A stretch of DNA of 64,000 bases, from assembly GCA_036375075.1 (NCBI GenBank), contig DASUSN010000135.1, forward strand, positions 11,881 through 75,880, in the 5' to 3' direction. Source of the DNA: Thermoanaerobaculia bacterium (GTDB lineage Bacteria; Acidobacteriota; Thermoanaerobaculia; Gp7-AA8). Below, in pieces: positions 52,387 to 61,281 of the stretch. The notes beneath the pieces were generated by a model. That model did not search any database. It was not told the origin of the DNA and saw nothing but the letters and a program-made list of their open reading frames with translations. Each line of letters begins with the position of its first letter. Within the stretch, counting starts at the first letter, position 1. The position numbers were made by a program, and so were the translations under genes.

Positions 52387-53751
52387 ATGACGATCGCGAG
52401 TGTGAACCCTGCGACCGGCGAGACCATCGCCACTTTCGAGCCCCTCACCGGTGCCGACATCGAACAGCGCCTCGTGCGCGCGATGGAAGCGTTCGAGATC
52501 AACCGCGCGCGCTCCTTCGCCGAGCGCGCCGCCCTCATGCGGAAAGCCGCGGACATCCTGGACTCACGCGCCGCGGACTACGGCCGCACGATCACGCTCG
52601 AGATGGGCAAGCCCCTCTCCGCCGCGATCGCCGAGGTGAAGAAGTGCGCGATGGTCTGCCGCCATTACGCGGAGCACGCGGCGGCCTATCTGGCCGAGGA
52701 GCACATCAAGACCGACGCCTCCGAGAGCTACGTCCGTTTCGATCCCCTCGGACCCATCCTCGCGGTGATGCCGTGGAACTTTCCGTTCTGGCAGGTGTTC
52801 CGTTTCGCCGCACCGGCGCTCATGGCCGGCAACGTCGGCCTGCTCAAGCACGCCTCGAACGTCCCGCAGTCCGCGCTCGCCATCGAAGACATCCTGCGCG
52901 AAGCGGGATTCGACCGCGGCGAGCTGCAGTCGCTGCTCATCACCTCCGACCAGGTGGCTGCGCTGCTCGAAGACGAACGGGTGAAAGCCGCGACGCTCAC
53001 CGGCAGCGAGCCCGCGGGAGCGAGCGTCGCCTCGAACGCGGCGAAGCGGATCAAGAAGAGCGTGCTGGAGCTGGGCGGAAGCGACCCGTTCATCGTCATG
53101 CCGTCCGCCGATCTCGACGCGGCGGTGAAGACGGGCATCAAGGCGCGCATCGTCAACAACGGGCAGTCGTGCATCGCGGCGAAGCGGTTCATCGTCCACG
53201 ACAGCGTCGCGGACGAGTTCCAGCGCCGCTTCGTGGAGGCCATGGAGTCCTTGCGCGTCGGCGACCCGCTCGAGGAGACGACGGACGTCGGCCCGCTCGC
53301 CACGCCGCAGATCGTGGACGACATCGAAAAGCAGGTCGACGCGAGCGTCAGCGCCGGGGCAAAGCTGCTCGCGGGCGGCAGGCGGCTGCGGGAGCGCGGG
53401 AACTTCTACGCCCCGACGGTGCTGGCGGAGATCCCCGAGAACGCGCCGGCGTACGCGGAGGAGACGTTCGGCCCGGTCGCGTCGCTGTTCCGCGTGCGCG
53501 ACGTCGCGGAAGCCGTGCGGCTGGCGAACGCCACGCCGTTCGGCCTGGGGGCGAGCGTCTGGACGAAGGATCGCGCCGAGGCGGAGCAGTTCATCGCGGC
53601 GATCGAGTCGGGGCAGGTCTTCGTGAACGCGATGGTCGCGTCCGACCCGCGCATCCCGTTCGGCGGCGTGAAGCACTCCGGCTTCGGACGCGAGCTCGGC
53701 GTGTACGGAATCCGGGAGTTCGTGAACATCAAGACGGTGTGGGTGGCGTAG
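52387..53751 (+). CDS. NAD(P)-dependent aldehyde dehydrogenase, succinate-semialdehyde dehydrogenase-like
   Basis: Internal ATG 52387 gives MTIASVNPATGETIATFEP. ALDH motifs VLELGGSDP and NNGQSCIAAKRF (catalytic Cys), plus EETFGPV. Confidence 0.9.
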   Translation: MTIASVNPATGETIATFEPLTGADIEQRLVRAMEAFEINRARSFAERAALMRKAADILDSRAADYGRTITLEMGKPLSAAIAEVKKCAMVCRHYAEHAAAYLAEEHIKTDASESYVRFDPLGPILAVMPWNFPFWQVFRFAAPALMAGNVGLLKHASNVPQSALAIEDILREAGFDRGELQSLLITSDQVAALLEDERVKAATLTGSEPAGASVASNAAKRIKKSVLELGGSDPFIVMPSADLDAAVKTGIKARIVNNGQSCIAAKRFIVHDSVADEFQRRFVEAMESLRVGDPLEETTDVGPLATPQIVDDIEKQVDASVSAGAKLLAGGRRLRERGNFYAPTVLAEIPENAPAYAEETFGPVASLFRVRDVAEAVRLANATPFGLGASVWTKDRAEAEQFIAAIESGQVFVNAMVASDPRIPFGGVKHSGFGRELGVYGIREFVNIKTVWVA

Positions 53752-53773
53752 CGCTCCTGTTTGGCACGCCTTG

Positions 53774-53881
53774 CTGTCATCCTGAGCCGGCGTAGCGCGG
53801 CGAAGGATCCCCTGCGAGAGGCAGCAGACGCGCAAGTCGGCGGGGGATCCTTCGCCGCGCTTCGCCGGCTCAGGATGACAG
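53774..53881. repeat. Family-A palindromic repeat
   Basis: ctgtcatcctgagccggcgtagcgcggcgaaggatcccc ... ggggatccttcgccgcgcttcgccggctcaggatgacag. Confidence 0.9.
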
Positions 53882-53911
53882 AGCAGTGGACTCCTGGGCC
53901 AGGCGTGCGGT

Positions 53912-54547
53912 TCACGTTTCCAGCGTGAAGCGCGGGCTCGTCACCGGCTCGTTCACGTACACGTGGAACACGCAGCGCCCGTCCCCGTTCTGGAACTTCT
54001 CCCGGCGCGCGACGCGGACGCCGAGGAGGCGGGTGAGCGCGTTGACGGAAACGCTGCAGAGCGCGGGGCGGTGCATGGCCGTGTTGTAGAACGGGCAGTT
54101 GCGCTCGACCAGGACGTAGTCGTCGCCCGCGCTCTCGAAGTCCATGTACGGGTCGTCTTCGAAGTACCAGCTTTTCAGCACGCCGAGCTTCTCCTCAAGA
54201 GCACGCCCCTGCACCGCCGGTGCGAAGGCGGCGATGCGATCGTTCGAGACCCGCTCGAGGACGCGCAGCGCGGCATCCGATCCGAGCTCCTCGCCCACGG
54301 CGTCGAGCATGGCGATGGCCAGCGCGTCGTAGTGCTTCGGGAAGAGATGCTCGCCCGCGGCGGTCAGGCGGTATTGCGTGGATGGCCGGCCGGTGCGGCC
54401 GCGCATCGCATCGCGGTCGATCGCCGCCTCCACCCACCCCTCCTGCCGGAGCTGCAGAAGCTGCTGGCGCACGGCCTCCCCGGTGAGGCCGAGCTCCGGC
54501 GCGAGCTGCGCGATCGTCGCCGAGCCGCGCTCCTTCAGTGCGGTCAC
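53912..54547 (-). CDS. Winged-helix (ArsR/SufR-like) transcriptional regulator with a Cys-containing C-terminal domain
   Basis: ATIAQLAPELGLTGEAVRQQLLQLRQEGWV. The frame stays open upstream (ILTHKQLPDSRRAIV) behind a GGAGGGAG SD site, so the true start may be the ATT/CTG near 54586..54589. Confidence 0.75.
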   Translation of the reverse strand: MTALKERGSATIAQLAPELGLTGEAVRQQLLQLRQEGWVEAAIDRDAMRGRTGRPSTQYRLTAAGEHLFPKHYDALAIAMLDAVGEELGSDAALRVLERVSNDRIAAFAPAVQGRALEEKLGVLKSWYFEDDPYMDFESAGDDYVLVERNCPFYNTAMHRPALCSVSVNALTRLLGVRVARREKFQNGDGRCVFHVYVNEPVTSPRFTLET

Positions 54548-54632
54548 GATCGCGCGGCGGCTGTCGGGAAGCTGCTTGTGCGTCAGAATCGGCGTCTCCC
54601 TCCGCGGGAAGTAACGCGGAGGGAGACGCTTG

Positions 54633-55016
54633 TCATCCCGCGGCAGTCGCGACCGAGCGCCCTGACGGCGCGGGTTTACCGTAACGCTGCGTCGCCCACC
54701 CGATCACGCCACCCAGGATGCTACCCGGGACCATGATCTGCCACCAGTAGTGCTCGCCGGTCTTCGGATCCGGCATCGCCGCGACGGCAAACGCCAGCAC
54801 GAGTCCGACGGCGAAGCCGAAGACGATCCCCTTGGGCACCGACTGCACCCTGCGCGCGTACCACCCGGCGGCGACTCCCGCCACCAGGCCTTTGAACGTC
54901 GAGCCGATGATGATGCTCAGCATCTGGTCGCGCACCTGCGGCGTGAACCACGCCGTCGCCCCGTCGATCACTCCGAGCACCGCGCCCACGATCAATCCCA
55001 GCAGAATCTTGTTCAT
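54633..55016 (-). CDS. Small integral membrane protein (127 aa, about 4 TM)
   Basis: Internal ATG 55016 is preceded by a ggaggag SD site. MNKILLGLIVGAVLGVIDG.... It lies 41 nt downstream of the kinase gene. Confidence 0.7.
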   Translation of the reverse strand: MNKILLGLIVGAVLGVIDGATAWFTPQVRDQMLSIIIGSTFKGLVAGVAAGWYARRVQSVPKGIVFGFAVGLVLAFAVAAMPDPKTGEHYWWQIMVPGSILGGVIGWATQRYGKPAPSGRSVATAAG

Positions 55017-55057
55017 GTTCTCCTCCGCCCCTTGATTCAGCGTCCCGCGGAAATCCT

Positions 55058-55897
55058 TTAAAGCCTCATCCAGAAAAAGACGATCACGCGCATGACCAGG
55101 TACGCGGCGACGAGTCCGACGAGCACCCGATTGCGCCCGACCCACCGCCCCGCGCGCTCCAGCGGGTTCTCGCGATAGGCGGTCACCGGCTCGCCGTCGA
55201 GGAAGCGCAGCACGTCGTCCCCGAGCTCCCGCGCGCTCTGGTAGCGCTGCGCCGGGTCCGCGGCCATCGCACGCTCGACGATCGCCCGCAAAGGGCGCGG
55301 AGGATCGCCCACCAGAAAGCCGAGGATCGCGCCGAGGGCGTAGACGTCCGAGCGCGCGTCGCGCGAGCGTTCCGGCGGCATGTAGCCCGGCGTGCCGGCG
55401 ATGTTCGCGACGCCCCAGTCCATCACCAGCACCGCGCCGAACTCGCCGACCATCACGTTCTCCGGCTTGAGATCGCGATGCACCACGCCGTTCGCGTGCG
55501 CGAACGCGACCGGCTCGCAGACGCGCGCGAACAGGCGCAGGCGCTCGGTGCGCGCGTGTCCCCCGGCTGCCCACGCGTCGAGCCGCACACCGCGAACGAG
55601 CTTCATCGTGTAGTAGAAGCGGCCGTCCGGGAGATCGCCGGCGTCGTGTACGGGCACGATGCCGGGATGCTCGAGCGCCGCGATGATCTTCGCCTCGGCG
55701 CGCCACTCGTCATCCACCGTTTCGGTCAGGACCTTCATGGCCACGCTGCGGTCGAGCTGGTGGTCGCGCACCTCGTAGACGATGCCCATGCCTCCGCGGC
55801 CGAGCTCGCGCACGAGCTCGTAGCGCGTGCCGGTGAGATCGGGCTGCTCGGTGATGTCGCGCAGGCGCGCGATCGTGTCGTCGGAGAGGAAGCTCAC
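55058..55897 (-). CDS. Ser/Thr protein kinase with a C-terminal TM anchor
   Basis: The GTG start at 55897 overlaps the sigma stop as GTGA. GRGGMGIVYEV, AMKVL, VVHRDLKPENV, DWG, GTPGYMPPE. C-terminal TM LVGLVAAYLVMRVIVFFW. Confidence 0.85.
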   Translation of the reverse strand: MSFLSDDTIARLRDITEQPDLTGTRYELVRELGRGGMGIVYEVRDHQLDRSVAMKVLTETVDDEWRAEAKIIAALEHPGIVPVHDAGDLPDGRFYYTMKLVRGVRLDAWAAGGHARTERLRLFARVCEPVAFAHANGVVHRDLKPENVMVGEFGAVLVMDWGVANIAGTPGYMPPERSRDARSDVYALGAILGFLVGDPPRPLRAIVERAMAADPAQRYQSARELGDDVLRFLDGEPVTAYRENPLERAGRWVGRNRVLVGLVAAYLVMRVIVFFWMRL

Positions 55898-56622
55898 TTT
55901 CTGGCCGCGCCTCCGAGGAGGGCACGGGACTCGTTGCGGAACTCGGCCTCGGTGGCCGTCACCTCGCGCAATGCTTCCAGGACGATCTCCCGGAACCCGC
56001 GGCGCATCGCGGAGAGGTAGTTCGTCACCTGCGTCTCCGGGACGTCGAAGCGCGTCGCCAGCTCGCGATACGAGACGCCGCGATCGCCGTCGAGGTCGTA
56101 CGCCTCGAAGATCGCGAAGTGGACCTGTTTGCCCTCCGTCGCACAACGGGTGCGCAGCCGCTCGACCGCGAGCGCGAACATGCTCCGCACCCACTCGCGC
56201 TGGAAATACACCTCGGGATTCAGGGCCGACGTGTCGCGTCCGATCTCCGCTTCGGCGGCGTCGAAGTCGAGATGCACCTCACCGCCTCCGCGCTTCAGGC
56301 GCTGACCCGCGGTCCATTCGTTGGACACGTGGCGGTCGAAGAGCAGGCGCAGAAACGTGCGGAAGCTCGCCTTCGCCGGATCATAGGTCGCGAGCGACTC
56401 CTTCTCGAACGCCCGCGTGAAGAAGCTCTGCGTGAGGTCCTCGGCATCCTCCCGTTTCCGGCTCCAAGCCACGCGGGCGTATTTGTAGAGCGGCTTCCAG
56501 TAGCAGGCGACCAGCGTATCGAAGGCGCGCGTGCGCTCGGCGTCGTCGACGCTCGCCAGAGCGAGCACGACGCTACGCCGCGTCGTGGGGAAGGGGGCAA
56601 TCGTCATGCGGGACCGGGACAT
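55894..56622 (-). CDS. ECF-type sigma factor (kinase-associated, ECF43-like)
   Basis: 242 aa. Region-2-like EDLTQSFFTRAFEK and region-4-like VSYRELATRFDVPETQVTNYLSAMRRGF. Translationally coupled to the kinase. Confidence 0.75.
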   Translation of the reverse strand: MSRSRMTIAPFPTTRRSVVLALASVDDAERTRAFDTLVACYWKPLYKYARVAWSRKREDAEDLTQSFFTRAFEKESLATYDPAKASFRTFLRLLFDRHVSNEWTAGQRLKRGGGEVHLDFDAAEAEIGRDTSALNPEVYFQREWVRSMFALAVERLRTRCATEGKQVHFAIFEAYDLDGDRGVSYRELATRFDVPETQVTNYLSAMRRGFREIVLEALREVTATEAEFRNESRALLGGAARK

Positions 56623-56681
56623 CAGAATACCGGTCAGGGGACTGATGCACCAGCGCCGGTTTCATATAGGATGCGCCCCGC

Positions 56682-57665
56682 GTGGAAGTGGGTCTGATCC
56701 TCGTACTCCTCTTGATCCTCGGCGCGGAGTTCGTCAACGGTTGGACGGACTCGCCGAATGCGATCGCTACGGTCGTCGGCACCCGTTCGCTGACGCCGCT
56801 GCAGGCGGTCATCATGGCCGCGGTGCTGAATCTCCTCGGCGTCCTCTCGGGAACCAAGGTCGCGGCGACGATCGGCAAAGGGATCATCGACGCGAGCGCC
56901 ATCGACCTGACCACGGTCGCCGGAGCGATGCTCAGCATCATCGTCTGGTCGTCCCTCGCGGCGCAGTGGGGCATCCCCACGAGCGAGACCCACGCGCTCG
57001 TGGCCGGCCTCGCCGGCGCGGGTCTGGCGACGGCAGGGCCGAGCGCGCTGCTCTGGGAAGGCTGGCGGAAGGTGCTCCTCGGCCTCTTCTTCTCGAGCGT
57101 CCTCGGCGGCCTCGGCGGGTTCATCCTGATGGTCGGGGTCTACTGGGCGTTCCGCCGCGCCAGCCCTGCCAAGACCAGGGGAACGTTCCGCGGCCTGCAG
57201 ATCGCGTCGTCCGCGTTCATGGCCTTCGCGCATGGCTCGAACGACGGCCAGAAGTTCATGGGCGTGTTCACCCTCGCCCTGGTTCTCGGCGGCGTCCTGC
57301 CGGCGTTCCAGATCCCGCTCTGGGTCATCTTCCTCTGCGCGAGCGTCATGGCCCTCGGCACCCTCACCGGCGGCTGGCGCATCATCAAGACCATGGGCAT
57401 GAAGCTCACGCGCCTCGAGACCCACCAGGGCTTCGCCGCCGAAGTCGCGGCCGCATCCGTCATCGAGGCCGCCACCCGCTTCGGCATTCCCCTCAGCACC
57501 ACGCACACCATCACCAGCGCGATCGTCGGCGTCGGTGCCACCCGCGGCGGATCGGCCGTCAACTGGGGCGTGACCCAGCGCCTCGTGCTCGCCTGGATCC
57601 TGACGTTCCCCGCCTGCGGCTTCATCAGTTGGCTCGTGGTCTGGACCCTGCGGCACATCCTGTAA
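56682..57665 (+). CDS. Inorganic phosphate transporter, PiT family
   Basis: GTG start. GAEFVNGWTDSPNAIATVV and the second-half repeat AFAHGSNDGQKFMG. Confidence 0.9.
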   Translation: MEVGLILVLLLILGAEFVNGWTDSPNAIATVVGTRSLTPLQAVIMAAVLNLLGVLSGTKVAATIGKGIIDASAIDLTTVAGAMLSIIVWSSLAAQWGIPTSETHALVAGLAGAGLATAGPSALLWEGWRKVLLGLFFSSVLGGLGGFILMVGVYWAFRRASPAKTRGTFRGLQIASSAFMAFAHGSNDGQKFMGVFTLALVLGGVLPAFQIPLWVIFLCASVMALGTLTGGWRIIKTMGMKLTRLETHQGFAAEVAAASVIEAATRFGIPLSTTHTITSAIVGVGATRGGSAVNWGVTQRLVLAWILTFPACGFISWLVVWTLRHIL

Positions 57666-58504
57666 TGAGGCTCGTCGTTCTGCTGCTGCTCCTCGCCGGC
57701 TGCCGCACCGTCCAACCCGGCTTCACCCTCGACTACGGCACGCCCGTCGACCCGGAGCTGCAGAGCGCCGTCGAGGCGCTCGATGCGCGGCTGCGGGAGA
57801 CCTACGGCATGACCACCGAGCACACCGCGGTCGGCGTGCTCGATCTCAAGCGGATGCGCGTGGCGATGATCCATCCCGACCGCATCGAGTACGCCGCAAG
57901 CGTGCCGAAGGTCGGGATTCTGTTCGCCTACTTCGCGCTGCATCCCGAGGCCGCGACGAAGCTCGATGCCACGACGCGCCACGAGCTCGGACTGATGGCC
58001 AAAGCGTCGAGCAACGAGATGGCCGCGAAGTACTCCCGCGCCATGGGCCTGCGCGAGATCCAGCAGGTGCTCAACGCACACGGCTTCTACGACGCGGCCC
58101 GCGGCGGCGGAATCTGGGTGGGCAAACACTACGGCCCGAACAGCGAGCGCATCGGCGACCCGGTCGCCGACCACTCGCACGCCGCCACCGTGCGGCAGCT
58201 CCTGCGCTTCTGGCTCCTGCTCGAACAGCGCAAGCTCGTCTCTCCCGAGGCCTCGGACGCGATGCGGGCGATCTTCGCGTCGCCGGACATCCCGCACGAC
58301 GACATCAAGTTCGTGAGCGCGCTGAAGGGCCGCGACGTCACGATCGTCCGCAAATGGGGCTCCTGGCAGGACTGGCTGCACGACTCCGCGGTGATCTCCG
58401 GACCGGGGCGGCACTACGTGCTGGTGGGATTGACGCACCACCCGCGCGGCGACGAGTACCTCGCCGGCCTCGCGCGCGGCGTGGATGACTGGCTGCGACG
58501 ATAG
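57665..58504 (+). CDS. Class-A beta-lactamase-like serine hydrolase, lipoprotein
   Basis: The ATG overlaps the PiT stop (TAATG). MRLVVLLLLLAGC lipobox; S-x-x-K motif in AASVPKVG. Confidence 0.75.
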   Translation: MRLVVLLLLLAGCRTVQPGFTLDYGTPVDPELQSAVEALDARLRETYGMTTEHTAVGVLDLKRMRVAMIHPDRIEYAASVPKVGILFAYFALHPEAATKLDATTRHELGLMAKASSNEMAAKYSRAMGLREIQQVLNAHGFYDAARGGGIWVGKHYGPNSERIGDPVADHSHAATVRQLLRFWLLLEQRKLVSPEASDAMRAIFASPDIPHDDIKFVSALKGRDVTIVRKWGSWQDWLHDSAVISGPGRHYVLVGLTHHPRGDEYLAGLARGVDDWLRR

Positions 58505-59989
58505 TCAGCCGCGGTACGACTCATCCTGCTCGATGCGCGAGAGGATCCAGGGAAAGTCGCCCGTGGTGACCTTCCCGCCGCAGTACTCGCAGACGGCGGT
58601 CTGCCCTCCGCCGAGCGAGCCGCCGCAGTTGGGGCAGATCTTCGCGCCCGCCGCGGCGCCCGCGCGTCCGCGGACGATCGTCCAATACTCGCTCCAGTCG
58701 CGGCGCATGGCGGGCGAGCCGCCCACGATCGCTCCGGAGTCGTCGACCGTGTAATCGCGGCCGGACGCAAACATGCGCACCGTGATCGCGTCATAGAACG
58801 CGTCGCTCGCGATCTTCACCGGCTCGATGTGCCCAATCGTGAAGTCGTCGACGACGTTGCGCAGGCCCTGCCGCAGATACTCGTCGATCCAGTAGCGATG
58901 CATCTGGAACAACGCGTCCGTCTCGTAAGGGCGCGCGCGTTTCCAGTCGCGCGACGTCCACGCCGCCTGCAGCTCGTTCGCGATGTGGCTCACACGTTCC
59001 TTGAACGCATCCCACGAGAAGCCCGGATGCTCCGCGGCGAACGTGTTGCGCCTCCGTTCGAGCCACGGCTGATAAACCGCCGGCCGATCCGTCCCGACCT
59101 CGGCGTGAGAGCCGCGGAGGCTCGGCTCCCGCCTGTCTTTCCGGAGCACGGCAACGGACTGCAAAAACCACTGGAACGTCCCTTGGGCGATGACCGTACC
59201 GCAGTGGAGGCATGCGCCGTCCGTGCGCGTCTCCAATGCCGCGCCGCACTTCGGACAATGTTCTGCGCGCGCTTTTTCGGGAGCCGGGGAGAGGATGTCG
59301 CGCGCCCGCTCCAGCGTCCAGCGCTCGTGAACGTACCAGCGCTGTGGACCGCCCGTTCTCGTCTCCGTGCAGTTCGCCTCGATCTCCACGTCGGCGGTTA
59401 CGGTCGGCGTGTAAATGCCGCGGAATGCCGTGATCGTGAAACTGCCGATGACGATCTGGTCGACGCTCGACACGCCTTCCGAGTGGCGCGCCATCCCCTC
59501 GCGCACAACGGCGCTGACGTACGGGGCCAGGTCGCCGAGCCGCCCGCGACCCCGCGCCTCATGGACACGTGCGAAGAGGCTGTAGCAGAAATCCGTGAAC
59601 ACGATCTGCGAGAAGTTCGCATCGAACTGGCGCAGCGCGGTCATGTCGACGGGCCGTGCGACGTCCGTTGCAATCGTCATCGCGTCGTTGTTCTCCCCGA
59701 TCTTCATGGCATTGCCGACTGCGCTCAGGATCACGATCACGATGAACACGGCGATCACGAACCCGAAGCTTCCGCTGACTTCGACGGCGGACCCACTGCC
59801 GGAGCTGGAGGACGACCCGCCGTAGCTGCTCGAGCCGCCACCGGAACTGCTGCCGCTCGAGCTCGAAGACGACGAGCTCGAAGACGAGGACGAGCCTCCG
59901 TACGTCTGGCCGCCGCCGATGCGCGCATGGACCGTCGCTGCGAACAGCAGCAACGCGAGCAGCACGATCCCGGTGCGAATCGGCGTCAT
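58505..59989 (-). CDS. Tim44-like domain membrane protein with a poly-Ser/Gly tract and two CxxC...CxxC zinc ribbons
   Basis: Internal ATG 59989 gives the signal/TM MTPIRTGIVLLALLLFAATVHA, followed by an S/G run. CPKCGAALETRTDGACLHCG and CPNCGGSLGGGQTAVCEYCG. ATGA overlap with the TPM gene. Confidence 0.75.
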   Translation of the reverse strand: MTPIRTGIVLLALLLFAATVHARIGGGQTYGGSSSSSSSSSSSSSGSSSGGGSSSYGGSSSSSGSGSAVEVSGSFGFVIAVFIVIVILSAVGNAMKIGENNDAMTIATDVARPVDMTALRQFDANFSQIVFTDFCYSLFARVHEARGRGRLGDLAPYVSAVVREGMARHSEGVSSVDQIVIGSFTITAFRGIYTPTVTADVEIEANCTETRTGGPQRWYVHERWTLERARDILSPAPEKARAEHCPKCGAALETRTDGACLHCGTVIAQGTFQWFLQSVAVLRKDRREPSLRGSHAEVGTDRPAVYQPWLERRRNTFAAEHPGFSWDAFKERVSHIANELQAAWTSRDWKRARPYETDALFQMHRYWIDEYLRQGLRNVVDDFTIGHIEPVKIASDAFYDAITVRMFASGRDYTVDDSGAIVGGSPAMRRDWSEYWTIVRGRAGAAAGAKICPNCGGSLGGGQTAVCEYCGGKVTTGDFPWILSRIEQDESYRG

Positions 59990-60609
59990 GAGAACCGGAC
60001 TCCCGGCACGCTGGGCAACTCGTCCTCGTTTCCTTCCGCCGCGGGCAAGTCCCGCTGGAGGATCGGCGTGAGACGCGAGATCGCGGCGACGATGGTGTCG
60101 GCGTCCATCGCGCGCTCCGCGTGCAGCTCCGCGAGTGCCGCGTTCCACTCGTTCGCCGCGACCTTCTGCAGCACCCCGCGATCGGCGAGCACTTCCATCC
60201 GCCGCTCGAGCAGCGAGACATACAGCAGCACGCCGGTCTCCCCGCCCGTGTTCGCAACGCCGCGCTGGTGGAACAGGGCCGCGGCGTGCGTCCGCACGGC
60301 CTGCTCCCGTTCGCGGGGCGTGCTGAACAGGCGCCGCAACGACGTACTGCGGCGCGCTACGGCGACGCCGAAGACGTACATCGCGATGGCATCGAGCACC
60401 ACCGCCACCGGCGGGACCACCCAGGGCATGTACACGAGCACGACGAGGGACAGCACGACCAGCGCGGCGGCAAACCGCGAGTCCGCGTGGGCGTACGGCC
60501 CGGAGCGCATGCGGATCTCGACCACGAGCTCCGCGGCCGAGCGCGACTCCAGATCACGCACCGCATCGGCGACGCGCCGTGCGGCCGCCGCATCGAATCG
60601 GTGGGGCAT
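59986..60609 (-). CDS. TPM-domain (TLP18.3/Psb32/MOLO-1 type) protein
   Basis: ELVVEIR...TGVLLYVSLLERRMEVLADRGV, with two central TM segments. Confidence 0.7.
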   Translation of the reverse strand: MPHRFDAAAARRVADAVRDLESRSAAELVVEIRMRSGPYAHADSRFAAALVVLSLVVLVYMPWVVPPVAVVLDAIAMYVFGVAVARRSTSLRRLFSTPREREQAVRTHAAALFHQRGVANTGGETGVLLYVSLLERRMEVLADRGVLQKVAANEWNAALAELHAERAMDADTIVAAISRLTPILQRDLPAAEGNEDELPSVPGVRFS

Positions 60610-60624
60610 GCCCGTGATTATGCG

Positions 60625-60658
60625 CGCGAAAGGAAACGGCCGCTCATCGAGCGGCCGT
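60625..60658 (-). terminator. Intrinsic terminator downstream of tRNA-Asn
   Basis: 9-bp stem acggccgct/agcggccgt (60636..60658), followed on the minus strand by tttcctttc. Confidence 0.5.
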
Positions 60659-60673
60659 GGGGGGATCGCGAAT

Positions 60674-60749
60674 TGGCTCCGGCAGTAGGACTCGAACCTA
60701 CGACCCGCGGATTAACAGTCCGCTGCTCTACCAACTGAGCTATGCCGGA
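60674..60749 (-). tRNA. tRNA-Asn (anticodon GTT), CCA encoded
   Basis: The reverse complement is TCCGGCATAGCTCAGTTGGTAGAGCAGCGGACTGTTAATCCGCGGGTCGTAGGTTCGAGTCCTACTGCCGGAGCCA. The anticodon loop is CTGTTAA. Confidence 0.95.
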
Positions 60750-60797
60750 ATACTCGAAACGAACGGCGGCGGAAAATAGCACCCGCACGCCCCTCCG

Positions 60798-61232
60798 TCA
60801 AGGTAGGCGGTCGGGGTAACGCACTGCCTGGCGGAGGGATTCCAGCACGGTGGCGGCGTCTTGGTACTCGATGAATCGGACGCCCGGATCGCCCGAGATC
60901 ATCGCGCTGCAGCGTTTCGTGCGCCCGCGGCGGTAGAGGGCGATGACGGGGATGCGCCGCGCCCAGCGCGCGTATGCGATCTCGTAGCCGACCCCGTGCG
61001 AGGGCGTCGAGACCTCGGCGACGACCAGGTCCGAGTCATCGAGCCAGCGGAGGTCGCGGGCGAAGATCTCGGTCAGGGCCAGCGACTCGCCTCCGTCTCC
61101 GACGTCCTCCGCCGCCACCGCGCCTGCGAGCACCCGGTGGCCGTCCGCCTCCAGCGCGTCGATCAACTGCCGGTAGGCCGCGACGTCCTCCCGGCCGCCG
61201 GTGATCGAGCCGGAAAAGTAAATGATGGCCAA
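60798..61232 (-). CDS. Nucleoside 2-deoxyribosyltransferase-fold protein, DNPH1/Rcl-like dNMP N-glycosidase
   Basis: IYFSGSITGGRED and STPSHGVGYEIAYA match the Rcl/DNPH1 signature. The start is uncertain: TTG 61232 gives MAIIYFSG, whereas the ORF track starts at 61334. Confidence 0.7.
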   Translation of the reverse strand: MAIIYFSGSITGGREDVAAYRQLIDALEADGHRVLAGAVAAEDVGDGGESLALTEIFARDLRWLDDSDLVVAEVSTPSHGVGYEIAYARWARRIPVIALYRRGRTKRCSAMISGDPGVRFIEYQDAATVLESLRQAVRYPDRLP

Positions 61233-61281
61233 GGGCGCGGAGTCTATCGTATGCTCTCCTACAAATAACAAGGAGAACCGC

